DNA of 20,000 nucleotides, from positions 55,151 through 75,150 of the forward strand of contig CAJVPI010000032.1 in the NCBI GenBank assembly GCA_910592345.1, in the 5' to 3' direction. Made by a program: the position numbers and the translations under genes. Below, piece by piece: positions 10,741 to 20,000 of the stretch (within the stretch, counting starts at the first letter, position 1; every line of letters begins with the position of its first letter). Source of the DNA: Paraglomus brasilianum. Lineage: Eukaryota. The notes below the pieces were generated by a model. The model had not been told where the DNA came from and did no database searches. It saw only the letters and a list, made by a program, of their open reading frames with translations.

Positions 10741-11042
10741 TTAAATGAGTTTCTAACTCTTGTTCTCAAATAAAAATCTAATTACCGATAAAACGAAATT
10801 CAACCGTAAATAACATGATTTCATCGATATATTGATTTAATGCAAAACGAAACATCGTTAGACTTTTGTCATAAAACTTTGTGCAAGCGATCTATATTGA
10901 AACTGATTTGTTCGAACAAAAGGATAATAAATGCAATTTACAAGTTATTTAAAAGCTCTCGTAATGATAGTAAACGAAGAATAAAACCGTTTTAAAGTTT
11001 ATTCGTAAAAACAGATATTACTCGTTAAACAGATCATGTTTA

Positions 11043-11199
11043 TACAACGGAGCAACGTATTCGCTAAGAAGATTCAGCTTTATCTGATATAACGGAGCGA
11101 GACGTTTGCTAGGAAGGCTTACGTAAATTACAACGAAGCGATACGTTTGCTGAAGACAATCTCTATTCGGTACAACGGGCGAAACTATTCGAGCAAGAG
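11043..11199. repeat. Array of four ~29-bp hairpin-forming repeats separated by 12-16 bp unrelated spacers
   Basis: Units start at 11043, 11088, 11129 and 11171: TACAACGGAGCAACGTATTCGCTAAGAAG / TATAACGGAGCGAGACGTTTGCTAGGAAG / TACAACGAAGCGATACGTTTGCTGAAGAC / TACAACGGGCGAAACTATTCGAGCAAGAG. Confidence 0.75.
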
Positions 11200-11469
11200 T
11201 TAAAGATGTTGCGTTATTTTTATTTCACACTGTACATATTAATACATATTTGTCAGCCCCATATTTGATAATCAACAGAGCAACAAGGCCAATGAAGAAA
11301 AAACGTTATTACTAGTATCACAACAACCACATTGTTCAGCTAAGATGCCAATATAAATTCAAAAAGTTTTATTGTAAATTTCACACAGAATCAATACTGT
11401 TATACTTATACATCAAAGTTATTTGTTTTCAACTATATCTGTATATTAAAATACAATTAAAATATTTTA

Positions 11470-13305
11470 TCAACTGGTATAGTCATTATATGCAGTGTAT
11501 TCTCCAAAAATGTCAGGATAATCAAACATACTAACATAGGCATCATGTGCAATGTATTCATCAAAGTTATTATTAGAAATAACATCAACATTCATATTCA
11601 TAGGAGGGGTAGAGACATCAAGTGTAATGATATTATCATCATCATATGTAATAAATTCACTAAAATCAACAAAGTCTGTAGAACGAGGGCATACATAAAT
11701 GTTATCAAACATACTTATATCACTAATATATTCACCATCTTTGACAAAATTATCAATTATACTCTTCAATTTATGAATACAACCCCTACTGACCAATCCA
11801 ATGTCATGTTTAACCCTTAATGTTTTTAGTGTGCCACTGAGATGGTAAAGAATCACATTAAAATGTGCTTCAGTAATCTCAGAAGAATCATCAATTATCA
11901 ATGATCTAAGAGAAGGTCTTGATTTTGATAGAAAATTCTCCAAAGAGTCTACCTCAAAGTTTCCTGTATTGCATAATTCTAAGTCATATAAATGTGGGAT
12001 TGAATGCTTAGAGAAAGCATTGAAAAGCCCATCAGAATAACTTTCTCTCAAAGGTGATGAATATCTTACTAATAAAGAATGCAAATTTGGTAAATTTGCC
12101 ACCATAAATGCAAGAGAAATAGTTGATTCTTTGTACACATCAATAGATAAACGTGTCAGACTGTTACAAGTTTGTGACATAACCCTTAAAACATTGTCAG
12201 ACAGTTCTTGCTTTTCAATGCCCATATCAGTAAGTGTCCTTCCATGTTTATGCAAAATGAGTTCCCATATTTCATCTGATATAGGTGTGCTCTTAACAGT
12301 GAGTTGTTGTAAACATGGTAAATCTGCCATAATAAATGGCTTAATCCCATGTGTTGTCTTTATAGTGCATGAAAGTAATTCAAGATTCTCCAATTTGTTT
12401 AGCTTTGCTGCCTCAGAACCTGAACAAGTTGAATTAAAGTTGACACAAGCAAATTTGATAGATTTAAGAGAAGCTGATTGTAATCTCAGTAATTCCATTA
12501 TTGATCCCATATCTGTATACAGATTTTTTATTGTAATTGACTTTAGTTGATGTTGAATCTGGACAAGTCTTTGAAAACTATCTCTTGACTTTTTTTTAAG
12601 GTGATATTTTCTGTAGTAAAAGTCAACTGACAAAGATTCTAGATTATGTGCCACTCTTGACAGTGCTCCAAAGACCCTTCTGTGAGATCTCTTTGATTCC
12701 CAGGTAAAACTTCTCAATTGTAGTAACTTTTTTGTGGGAACAATAAATCGACTCAGCTGTTGGTAAGATAAGACATTCCATGGTGTAAGAGAGAGAATTC
12801 TTAGCTGTTGACAGTATTGGATTGCAAAGCTAATAATCCTCACTGTCAGTCTTTCAGTTCTATTCATGTTGTCTTTTGTATCACATGAATATCTACCATA
12901 TGATAAATCCAAGTTAAGCCAACATACAACAAGTTTCCACACTTCATTAAAGTGAATTTCTCTTAAATATTGACTATAGTCAAATGAGGCTTCTTTTTTG
13001 AACTTTTTTTCCAAGATTTCCAACTCTTCCTTGATATCATCTACATTAGTAAAACATTTGATGAAAGTTTTCATAAGGTTTTCTGCTCTTTGTCTAGATA
13101 TTGATTTAAGTGCTTCTGTCCTGTATCTAGAGTTCTCTGACTTCAAACAAGTATACAGCAAAGTAAAAGGTTTAGCCCAAAGATATTGTATAGATGCTCT
13201 ATACCAATTTCGGTTTATTAGAATACAAGAATGAAGAGCTGCAGTATCGTCTGTGAGCTCGTTTAAAATCATGGTAAGAAGTTCTGGAGGTAGAGATACA
13301 GCCAT
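11470..13305 (-). CDS. Intronless F-box / RNI-like leucine-rich-repeat protein, 611 aa
   Basis: N-terminal F-box SLPPELLTMILNELTDDTAALHSCILINRNWYRASIQYLWAKPF, then FDYSQYLREI and repeated LxxLxL/I units. Candidate AATAAA about 100 bp past the stop. Confidence 0.9.
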   Translation of the reverse strand: MAVSLPPELLTMILNELTDDTAALHSCILINRNWYRASIQYLWAKPFTLLYTCLKSENSRYRTEALKSISRQRAENLMKTFIKCFTNVDDIKEELEILEKKFKKEASFDYSQYLREIHFNEVWKLVVCWLNLDLSYGRYSCDTKDNMNRTERLTVRIISFAIQYCQQLRILSLTPWNVLSYQQLSRFIVPTKKLLQLRSFTWESKRSHRRVFGALSRVAHNLESLSVDFYYRKYHLKKKSRDSFQRLVQIQHQLKSITIKNLYTDMGSIMELLRLQSASLKSIKFACVNFNSTCSGSEAAKLNKLENLELLSCTIKTTHGIKPFIMADLPCLQQLTVKSTPISDEIWELILHKHGRTLTDMGIEKQELSDNVLRVMSQTCNSLTRLSIDVYKESTISLAFMVANLPNLHSLLVRYSSPLRESYSDGLFNAFSKHSIPHLYDLELCNTGNFEVDSLENFLSKSRPSLRSLIIDDSSEITEAHFNVILYHLSGTLKTLRVKHDIGLVSRGCIHKLKSIIDNFVKDGEYISDISMFDNIYVCPRSTDFVDFSEFITYDDDNIITLDVSTPPMNMNVDVISNNNFDEYIAHDAYVSMFDYPDIFGEYTAYNDYTS

Positions 13306-15952
13306 ATTGAGAGCGAAAATAGGGATAATGTGAAAAACGGAAGGTGTAGAAGTTATTGCGTCTTTGTTGTGGCTATTTCTTTCTTATCCGAGATCATGCA
13401 ACACTGTCTATTGGGCTACAGTCGATCTTACTAATAATAGAGAATACATTCACAATTATTCAAAGAATCCGATTGGTGTCAATCAACACCCTCTTGATAT
13501 ACAAGTGTGGGTACGCAATGCAAAGCCTTGTATTGTATCACACGATTGTCCTCTACGGTGTAAGTGAAACTAACCACAACAAAGCAAATGTGTATTGGCT
13601 GATTAATGATCGACAATTTCATAAAGCAAGCTGTAAAGGGTTGAAGAAATCGACGGGAACGCATGAATACGATATAAAGCGCACTTTATGATTGAGTATA
13701 GCACGGTTTGCTATTTAGGAGAATGTAACAAATGAAGATAGAACAATGAATAGACTGAAGCTATCTTAATCGATGGTGGCAATCAGTCGGTATTCTATTA
13801 GTCGTTTATTTAATATTGGCGTAAGAATGACGGTCAATAATTGTTCGATTATTCTAAAATTAATTCGACTAACCGTAACTTCGTTAAATGCATGTGGGGC
13901 AGTATCAGAAATCGCAAAGAATCTGCGCCCTTTATGCATGTTTGGATCAATCGTTATGCTGCGTGCAAAAGACGCATCAGCTCACCTCGTTAAAGTTATT
14001 ATCAACCGTTTATCATTGCTAATATCAGTAATTAATAATCATGATTGTATAACTACTGTTCAATACCCGATTGTTCAAACGATCCGATTGTCAGGCTTTA
14101 TTTCTATTATTCTGATTCTTACGTAGTACCTGCGGCTTCGAGATAACAATGGTTGATCATCGGTCCCTTCTTTTAAGCGGCACAGTGATTTTCTTAATCC
14201 TAATAGTATCAGTATACAATGGCGTTGGGCCGTCAATATGTGAACAATCAGACATACCTAATAAATGAATAGAATGTGCTGAATCAAAACTCTCACTGTT
14301 TGACAACCACAATCGATGCATAGTAAAAAAAGAGTCTAAAACCTTGCAAGCGCTGTGGGATGGAGTTTCTTATCGCTTGCATTGTGTTAGTATCTCTATA
14401 AAATCATTTAGACCACACATTATGTCACTGTATTTTCGGGCGATTCTATTACGATGAGTAATTTGAATGGAAATTTAATTGTAATAAGAATACAGATTGC
14501 ACGCTGTTTACAGAGCTGTGCAAGCATGCAATGAACACAAGCAATATAATAATGATAAGTCTTTAGTGTCACGAATGGATTTGTCACTTGTTAGTTTCTA
14601 GCTCTAAAGCGATAGTTTTAGACAACAATCTGGTCTGCACATACAGCCAACAACAAAGTGTAAGCGAAAAATCGTATGGGTTGAACGCCCACAAGACTAT
14701 CAAACAGCAGCCCTCTTTTACAGGCGGCTAGATACTTTAGAAGGTGGATTACATATTAAGGAGAAGTGAAAGTAACTCTCAGGGGCAATACGTAACAATC
14801 ATTCAGGTATTGTTTCAGGTACCAATCTAAATATAGATGAATAGATTCCAAGACGCCAAGTGCTCAAAATAAAATAAAATAAAATGTAGATATGACTATC
14901 GTGTACAAGTATCCGTTGATCGTTTAAATTAGTCAATTTGTCTATAAATAAAAAGGCTTATTTGATAATTACTTTTATTATGTTAAAGTGGATCCAACTT
15001 GATTGGTAACCTTTCTATCAACTTGTAGTTATGAGCTAAATACAAGAATTAGCCTTCATTTGATATTTACAAATTACTGACTATTACGTGAAAACGCCAA
15101 AAGTCAGAATTTGATTGATGACAAATATTTGGCATATCTCTTCGTATTCTATGGTTTTTAGTTATGCTAAATTTCCAATTATATCTCGTTTTACTAATTA
15201 TTCAATGTGCTATCAACTAAGACAGACGTAACTGAAATGCCAAACTTTTTTTGTTCTCGGACTTGAAGACTTGTTATTATTACAAACATGTAATTACTTC
15301 AATCAATCGCTCTGATACCTTTTCAGAGAATTTGCTAACCAACATGCAATACTGAAAAGCGATATAATCCACTTGCTCGTTTCATCATTTCAAACTTTGA
15401 ACAGAATTTAACGTATTAAATCAATTGTGACGATTACATAGTCAAATTAAATCAAGAAAAACGGCATTCTAATGACGATTTGGGAGCGATACAAGACTGG
15501 GTATTTTTTTCTCCTACACCAACTAAGAACTTACATCTCAACAGAGCATATATATATATTTATGTGATAATATATTAAATAACATTCTGGTTGTTGCTAT
15601 AAGTAACAAGTCACTCCTAACAGAAACCAAAAACTTTGACGTTTATTCAGAATACTTACCGGAGAATAAGCACCCATCGTGAATAAGCACTCTCTATAAG
15701 TAAATTTTCAATCATGTATGGACACCTTACTAATAATCCAGAACACGGATCATCGATTCAATCGATGCTTCCGTTCCCCCAATATCACCTTTACTCTAAT
15801 CAACCACATTTCTCAAAGATTTGATTACTATATGGTAAGAGATGTTTTATTGCAATATAGAAGACAGTTTTGAAAGAATAAGCACAAACCACAATTGAAC
15901 GTTTAACATACTCATGTTACATATCCTGATCTCTAATATATTCAAATGTTGT

Positions 15953-17512
15953 TTATGCCCAGACTGGACAAATATCACTATTAATATTAGGTTCAACATA
16001 GTTATCTAAATGCTCGATTACATTGTTTCTTTGTCGAATCATATTCTGCTGTTCACTATTAATTTTAATTTTCAAAGTCCTTAATGAGTGACCAAGATAT
16101 TCGAGTAAAAGTTCAAGATGTCTATCAGTAATACAAGATGTACCATCAATTATCAATGACCTAAGGGAAGGTTTAGAATCCAACAAAAACCTCTCTAAAG
16201 ATTTATGATCAAAGTTAGTCATATTGTGTAATTCTAAATTATATAAATGTGGGAATTCATACTTGGAAAACGTGTAAAAAAGAGAAGTCGAGCTCTTTTT
16301 AGATAAACCCGACAATACAAGAGAATGTATATTTGGTCGATTTGCTACAGTATTTGCAACAATAGATAACTGGTCTTCAAATACGCCAACAGACAAGTAT
16401 TCAAGTTTGCAACAAACTTGCGATATAGTTGTAAAAACATTATCAGGTATTACTTGCTTTCCAATCTTTAGACTAACCAATTTCCCCCCATGCTTTTGCA
16501 AGATTTTCCTCAAAGTCTCACACGACATTTCTATACCTCTAAAAGTAAGCTCTTGTAAGTGGGGTAATTCGGTCTCAGTTATTGGGTTCATAGTGTCTAT
16601 CTTTGGTATTGTACATGAACGCAAGTCAATGCTCTTCACTCGATGAAACTGTAATGGCTTGGACTGCATACTTTCGCCGAATTTGATTCCCAACAATGTA
16701 ATTGATTCGAGACAATTTGGTTGTACGTTTAGTAACTCGAATATTGAAGTCATGTTTGTGCTTAACCGTTTTATATAAACTGTTTTTAGATAACGCTGTG
16801 TCTCAATGAGTTTCTGAAGACTGGTCTTTGTAGATTCCTCTAAGGATCTGTCTTGGAAATCAACCGATAATGATTCTAAATTATGTGAAATTCTTGAAAC
16901 TAATTCAAGCACCTTATCATTTGTCGCTTTAAACAATTTGAAAGCACAAACTCTCAAACGTGGCAGATTTTCTACAGACACGAGGATCTCACTCATTTGT
17001 TGATAATATGACAGTCGCTTTGGCGTTTCTAGCGTGAGCGTCCTTAAATGCTGGCAATACAGAATAGCCAAGCAAACAATTCTAACGGCTAATTTTCCAG
17101 ATACGCGCTTAGCTTGTACTGAAAGAATTGTACAGTCTGGATAAAGCCAATCCGTTACGAGGGACCAAACTTCATAAAAGTGAATTTCTTTTAAATATAC
17201 GTTGTAATTAAATGGCGGCTCTTTATTATACTTCTTTGTCAAAACACTGGTTTCTTCTGTAATCTCTTTTACATCAGTAATGCTTTGGATAAATGTTGTC
17301 AGAAGAACTTCCGCTTTTCGTTCGCATGAATATGATTTTATGTAACATTCACGCTTATTGTATAGCAGCGTAAATGGTCTGGCCCAAAGATGTCTAATAG
17401 CGACTGTGTGCCAAATTCGGTTGGTCAGAATACATGCATGAAGTGTCTTTTTATCATATGCGCATGCGTCTAAAATCATACTGAGGATCTCGGGAGGTAG
17501 ACAGGCAGCCAT
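15953..17512 (-). CDS. Intronless F-box / RNI-like LRR protein, about 519 aa, tandem paralogue of 11470-13305
   Basis: MAACLPPEILSMIL...LHACILTNRIW...LWARPFTLLY. It shares blocks with the other copy (EIHFxEVW, HNLESLSVDF, PHLYxLEL, PSLRSLIID). The ATG at 17512 aligns with the paralogue's start; the ORF track's 17518 start is a TTG. Confidence 0.9.
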   Translation of the reverse strand: MAACLPPEILSMILDACAYDKKTLHACILTNRIWHTVAIRHLWARPFTLLYNKRECYIKSYSCERKAEVLLTTFIQSITDVKEITEETSVLTKKYNKEPPFNYNVYLKEIHFYEVWSLVTDWLYPDCTILSVQAKRVSGKLAVRIVCLAILYCQHLRTLTLETPKRLSYYQQMSEILVSVENLPRLRVCAFKLFKATNDKVLELVSRISHNLESLSVDFQDRSLEESTKTSLQKLIETQRYLKTVYIKRLSTNMTSIFELLNVQPNCLESITLLGIKFGESMQSKPLQFHRVKSIDLRSCTIPKIDTMNPITETELPHLQELTFRGIEMSCETLRKILQKHGGKLVSLKIGKQVIPDNVFTTISQVCCKLEYLSVGVFEDQLSIVANTVANRPNIHSLVLSGLSKKSSTSLFYTFSKYEFPHLYNLELHNMTNFDHKSLERFLLDSKPSLRSLIIDGTSCITDRHLELLLEYLGHSLRTLKIKINSEQQNMIRQRNNVIEHLDNYVEPNINSDICPVWA

Positions 17513-18038
17513 TTTCAAGACAAAAATTGAAAGGTAAAAAACCGCAACTGTTTATAATAATATTGATTCGCAAATCTTACTATTTTGGATCTGAACGTTA
17601 TTCCAAAAATGTCAAAATATTCAAAGTAATGCATAACATTCACAAACATCTTATCGTTGTATCAGTGTGACGTGTGACCAGAGTGAAATAGGTAACGCGA
17701 CTGTAATGCATTGGTTTCCAGCAAATCATAGGTTTATGCTTTTTACATGCACAAACACAATGAAATATATTGTAGCATATCACATTATAATGACTGTTTT
17801 AAGATATTAATGTTAATATATTTTTATTGTTGAAATGAATTACCAGAAGGCTTCCACACCTGTCTTACCGCCATGACAATATACTGTAACATTCAATCAC
17901 ATCAATTTTAGGTCGATTTAAACAATGTAAATTGTAAAAATAAAGAACTTTATATTCATTCATTTTGAACCGCTAATTTATAGGTATTCTTATTTCTTAA
18001 ATTCTTCTAAAACTTCTTCAAGAACATCAATTAGAACG

Positions 18039-18721
18039 ATGACTTCCAGACAAAAGATCGCCGAGATATACAACAATTATGGGATCAAGGCATTTGGAAT
18101 GCTGCAGAGAGATTCATAAACGCAAGGTTATCCCACAGTATGGTTTATGAAAACGTTAAAAAAACTCGAACAACCTGGAACCGTTAACCCTAACCCTAAA
18201 GCTGCATAAGAGATAAGATGATTTTATACTGTTTTTCCCGAAATAATGGTCAATAATTTATGTATACATACTCCGAAGACATCTTCCAGACATTGAAGAC
18301 TTGCTAGGAGACGAATGATGGTTTCAACAAGACAACGACCCAAAACATACTAGCCGCCTTGCAAAAAACTTCTTCGGGATAACATGCCCGAAGTAATGAA
18401 CTGGCCTTCTAACAGTCCTGACCTAAATCAAATCGAAAATCTCTGGAGTATTGTTAAAAGAAATGTAGAAAAGAAATGCCGAAAAATATTAGCAATTTCC
18501 GGCGTTTTATTATTGAGGAGTGGGATGATATTCTACAATCAACCCTAATTTGGTTAGTACAATCAATGAAACGCCGATGTAAGCTAGAAAGTAACGGTGA
18601 ACGCATTCCATACTTAATAAAATCTGCTAGTTTTCAGCTTTCAAATGGTATAAAATTCATCTTATTTGCTTCTTGCGTAATGCATAATTTTGTAATTCCG
18701 GTTTTTTTTTGTCCCACACTG
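18039..18721 (+). mobile_element. Decayed, internally deleted Tc1-family (DD34E) transposon; right TIR retained, left TIR not found
   Basis: Frameshifted HTH-like start (IQQLWDQGIWNAAE/IHKR...SMVYENVKK), then RRHLPDIEDLLGDE*WFQQDNDPKHTSRLAKNF/RDNMPEVMNWPSNSPDLNQIENLWSIVKRNVEK/...EEWDDI...LVQSMKRRC...NGERIPY. There are 34 residues between D and E after repairing one frameshift. The end ...TTTTGTCCCACACTG|TA reads TA|CAGTGTGGGACAAAA on the minus strand. Confidence 0.9.
18185..18199. repeat. Interstitial telomere-type repeat (TAACCC)2.5
   Basis: TAACCCTAACCCTAA, i.e. TTAGGG repeats on the minus strand. Confidence 0.6.
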
Positions 18722-19602
18722 TATGTATATTTGTGAAGATACAGTCATACGCGAAATGCTAAACGTTTGCAATGATGGGTCTCATTTTATCAACATAATA
18801 TTGCATGTTAACATCACAAAGACCTTTATTCGCCCACGACTATATTTTAAAGGTGGGCGCTCACGCTCACAGTATAATTTTGACATCTGAAGATGCTAAA
18901 GCAATTTCTCATGATCGCGGCGAGGAAATAACAGTCGAGGAATAATTAGACTCTCATGCTAAGAAATGTTGTAATCACACTTTCAGTTACTAGCCATATT
19001 CTGAACTACAAATCGAGTTATGACTCTCGCCAAGAACCAATTTATAGGAAGCCAAGTTAACAGACATCAGCAATACTATCAGCAGCATTTGTTATTCTGT
19101 ACAGTGGGAAGGTGTCCATTTTTGCAAAGTGTTTCCTCCGATATACACCGGAAACGTGCAATGAACATTTAAAGCAATCACTATACAATCTTATACTGAT
19201 ATTAATATGGAAAACTCTTTTGAGCATTACATAACAAGATACGATGGCTTTGAAATGTAAAGTTTTTCGAAAAGGATTCTTCTGCAAAGACAAAAACCTC
19301 ACAACATGCGTATGGGGGTGAACGCGAACTGCTGTGCGTATTGGAATGCTTGCTTCAAGGTGCACATGGCAAACATTATTGATGAGGCGATTGTATGATT
19401 GTTATTTTTCGAATTTTTTTTTGTTTTGATGTATCTTATTATTATTTATTTATCTTATTATTTATTTATTCATTTATTTTTGATTTTTGATTTTATTTAA
19501 CTAATTTTAGGGACAAGATAATTAACCAAAATATAGGATCAACCACAAATCAGCAAAGTTTGTCTTTGTCATTTCGATCTTGAAAAGATTTACAACAAAG
19601 AC

Positions 19603-19631
19603 AATAATAATAATAATAATAGTAATAATAA
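19603..19631. repeat. (AAT)n microsatellite with one interruption
   Basis: aataataataataataatagtaataataa. Confidence 0.8.
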
Positions 19632-20000
19632 ATTTTTCAAAAGCCGCTTTTATATTACACCTTTAGCGTTCAATTGTAGGTGTAACTAATAAAGGAACGT
19701 ACCGTCATAAGCCTGTCATCACTCTGGACGACAAGCGCGATTTGTGGTCGAAAAAAAAGGCATAATAATAAGTGGCCTGTTCCTCACAGAATAGCGTCCG
19801 ATTGCAAGATCACATATATTCGCAAAACTAACGAATGGAAATTTTCATGGGTTTACGAGACGCAAAAACAATTCCGCGAAACTCAAGCAGATAGTTCTGT
19901 TCGTGCAGTTTCCATTGACCCTACCCTTCACATGGTACTCTCCTACTAAAGGTGTAGGTAAAATTGGCCAATACGACATTGGACGAATTATTCGTCTATG

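Noticed and set aside
11043..11199. CRISPR array
   Set aside because: Repeats are degenerate, spacers are only 12-16 bp, no cas genes are present and the context is eukaryotic; kept only as an unexplained repeat array.
15652..15662. U1 snRNA 5' end (ATACTTACC)
   Set aside because: The match stops after 9 nt; no U1 stem-loop I motif or convincing Sm-site/terminal stem follows.
11545..16646. Plus-strand ORFs antisense to the F-box genes and ORFs in 13356-14126
   Set aside because: Shadow or chance ORFs with no recognisable motif or splice structure.
19057..19398. 102-aa minus-strand ORF or plus-strand coding-like fragments
   Set aside because: No recognisable domain and the plus frames are broken by stops; could be a decayed gene but cannot be supported from the sequence.

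Overview
AT-rich, intron-containing eukaryotic DNA. Gene content and style suggest an early-diverging fungus (Mucoromycota, probably Glomeromycotina); this assignment is inference. The left third is a compact housekeeping block: the 3' part of PEX19 (+), TIM23 (-), and a MYSM1-like SWIRM + MPN+/JAMM deubiquitinase (+) that contains a clear U12-type AT-AC minor-spliceosome intron. The remainder is accessory: a CpG-free spliced pseudogene with a PD-(D/E)xK nuclease-like motif, two TA-flanked pogo/Tc1-mariner-type MITEs, a 4-unit hairpin-repeat array, two tandem intronless F-box/LRR paralogues with opposite CpG content, and a decayed DD34E Tc1 element with a telomeric repeat at its internal deletion junction. 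All gene models were spliced by hand and need RNA-seq confirmation.
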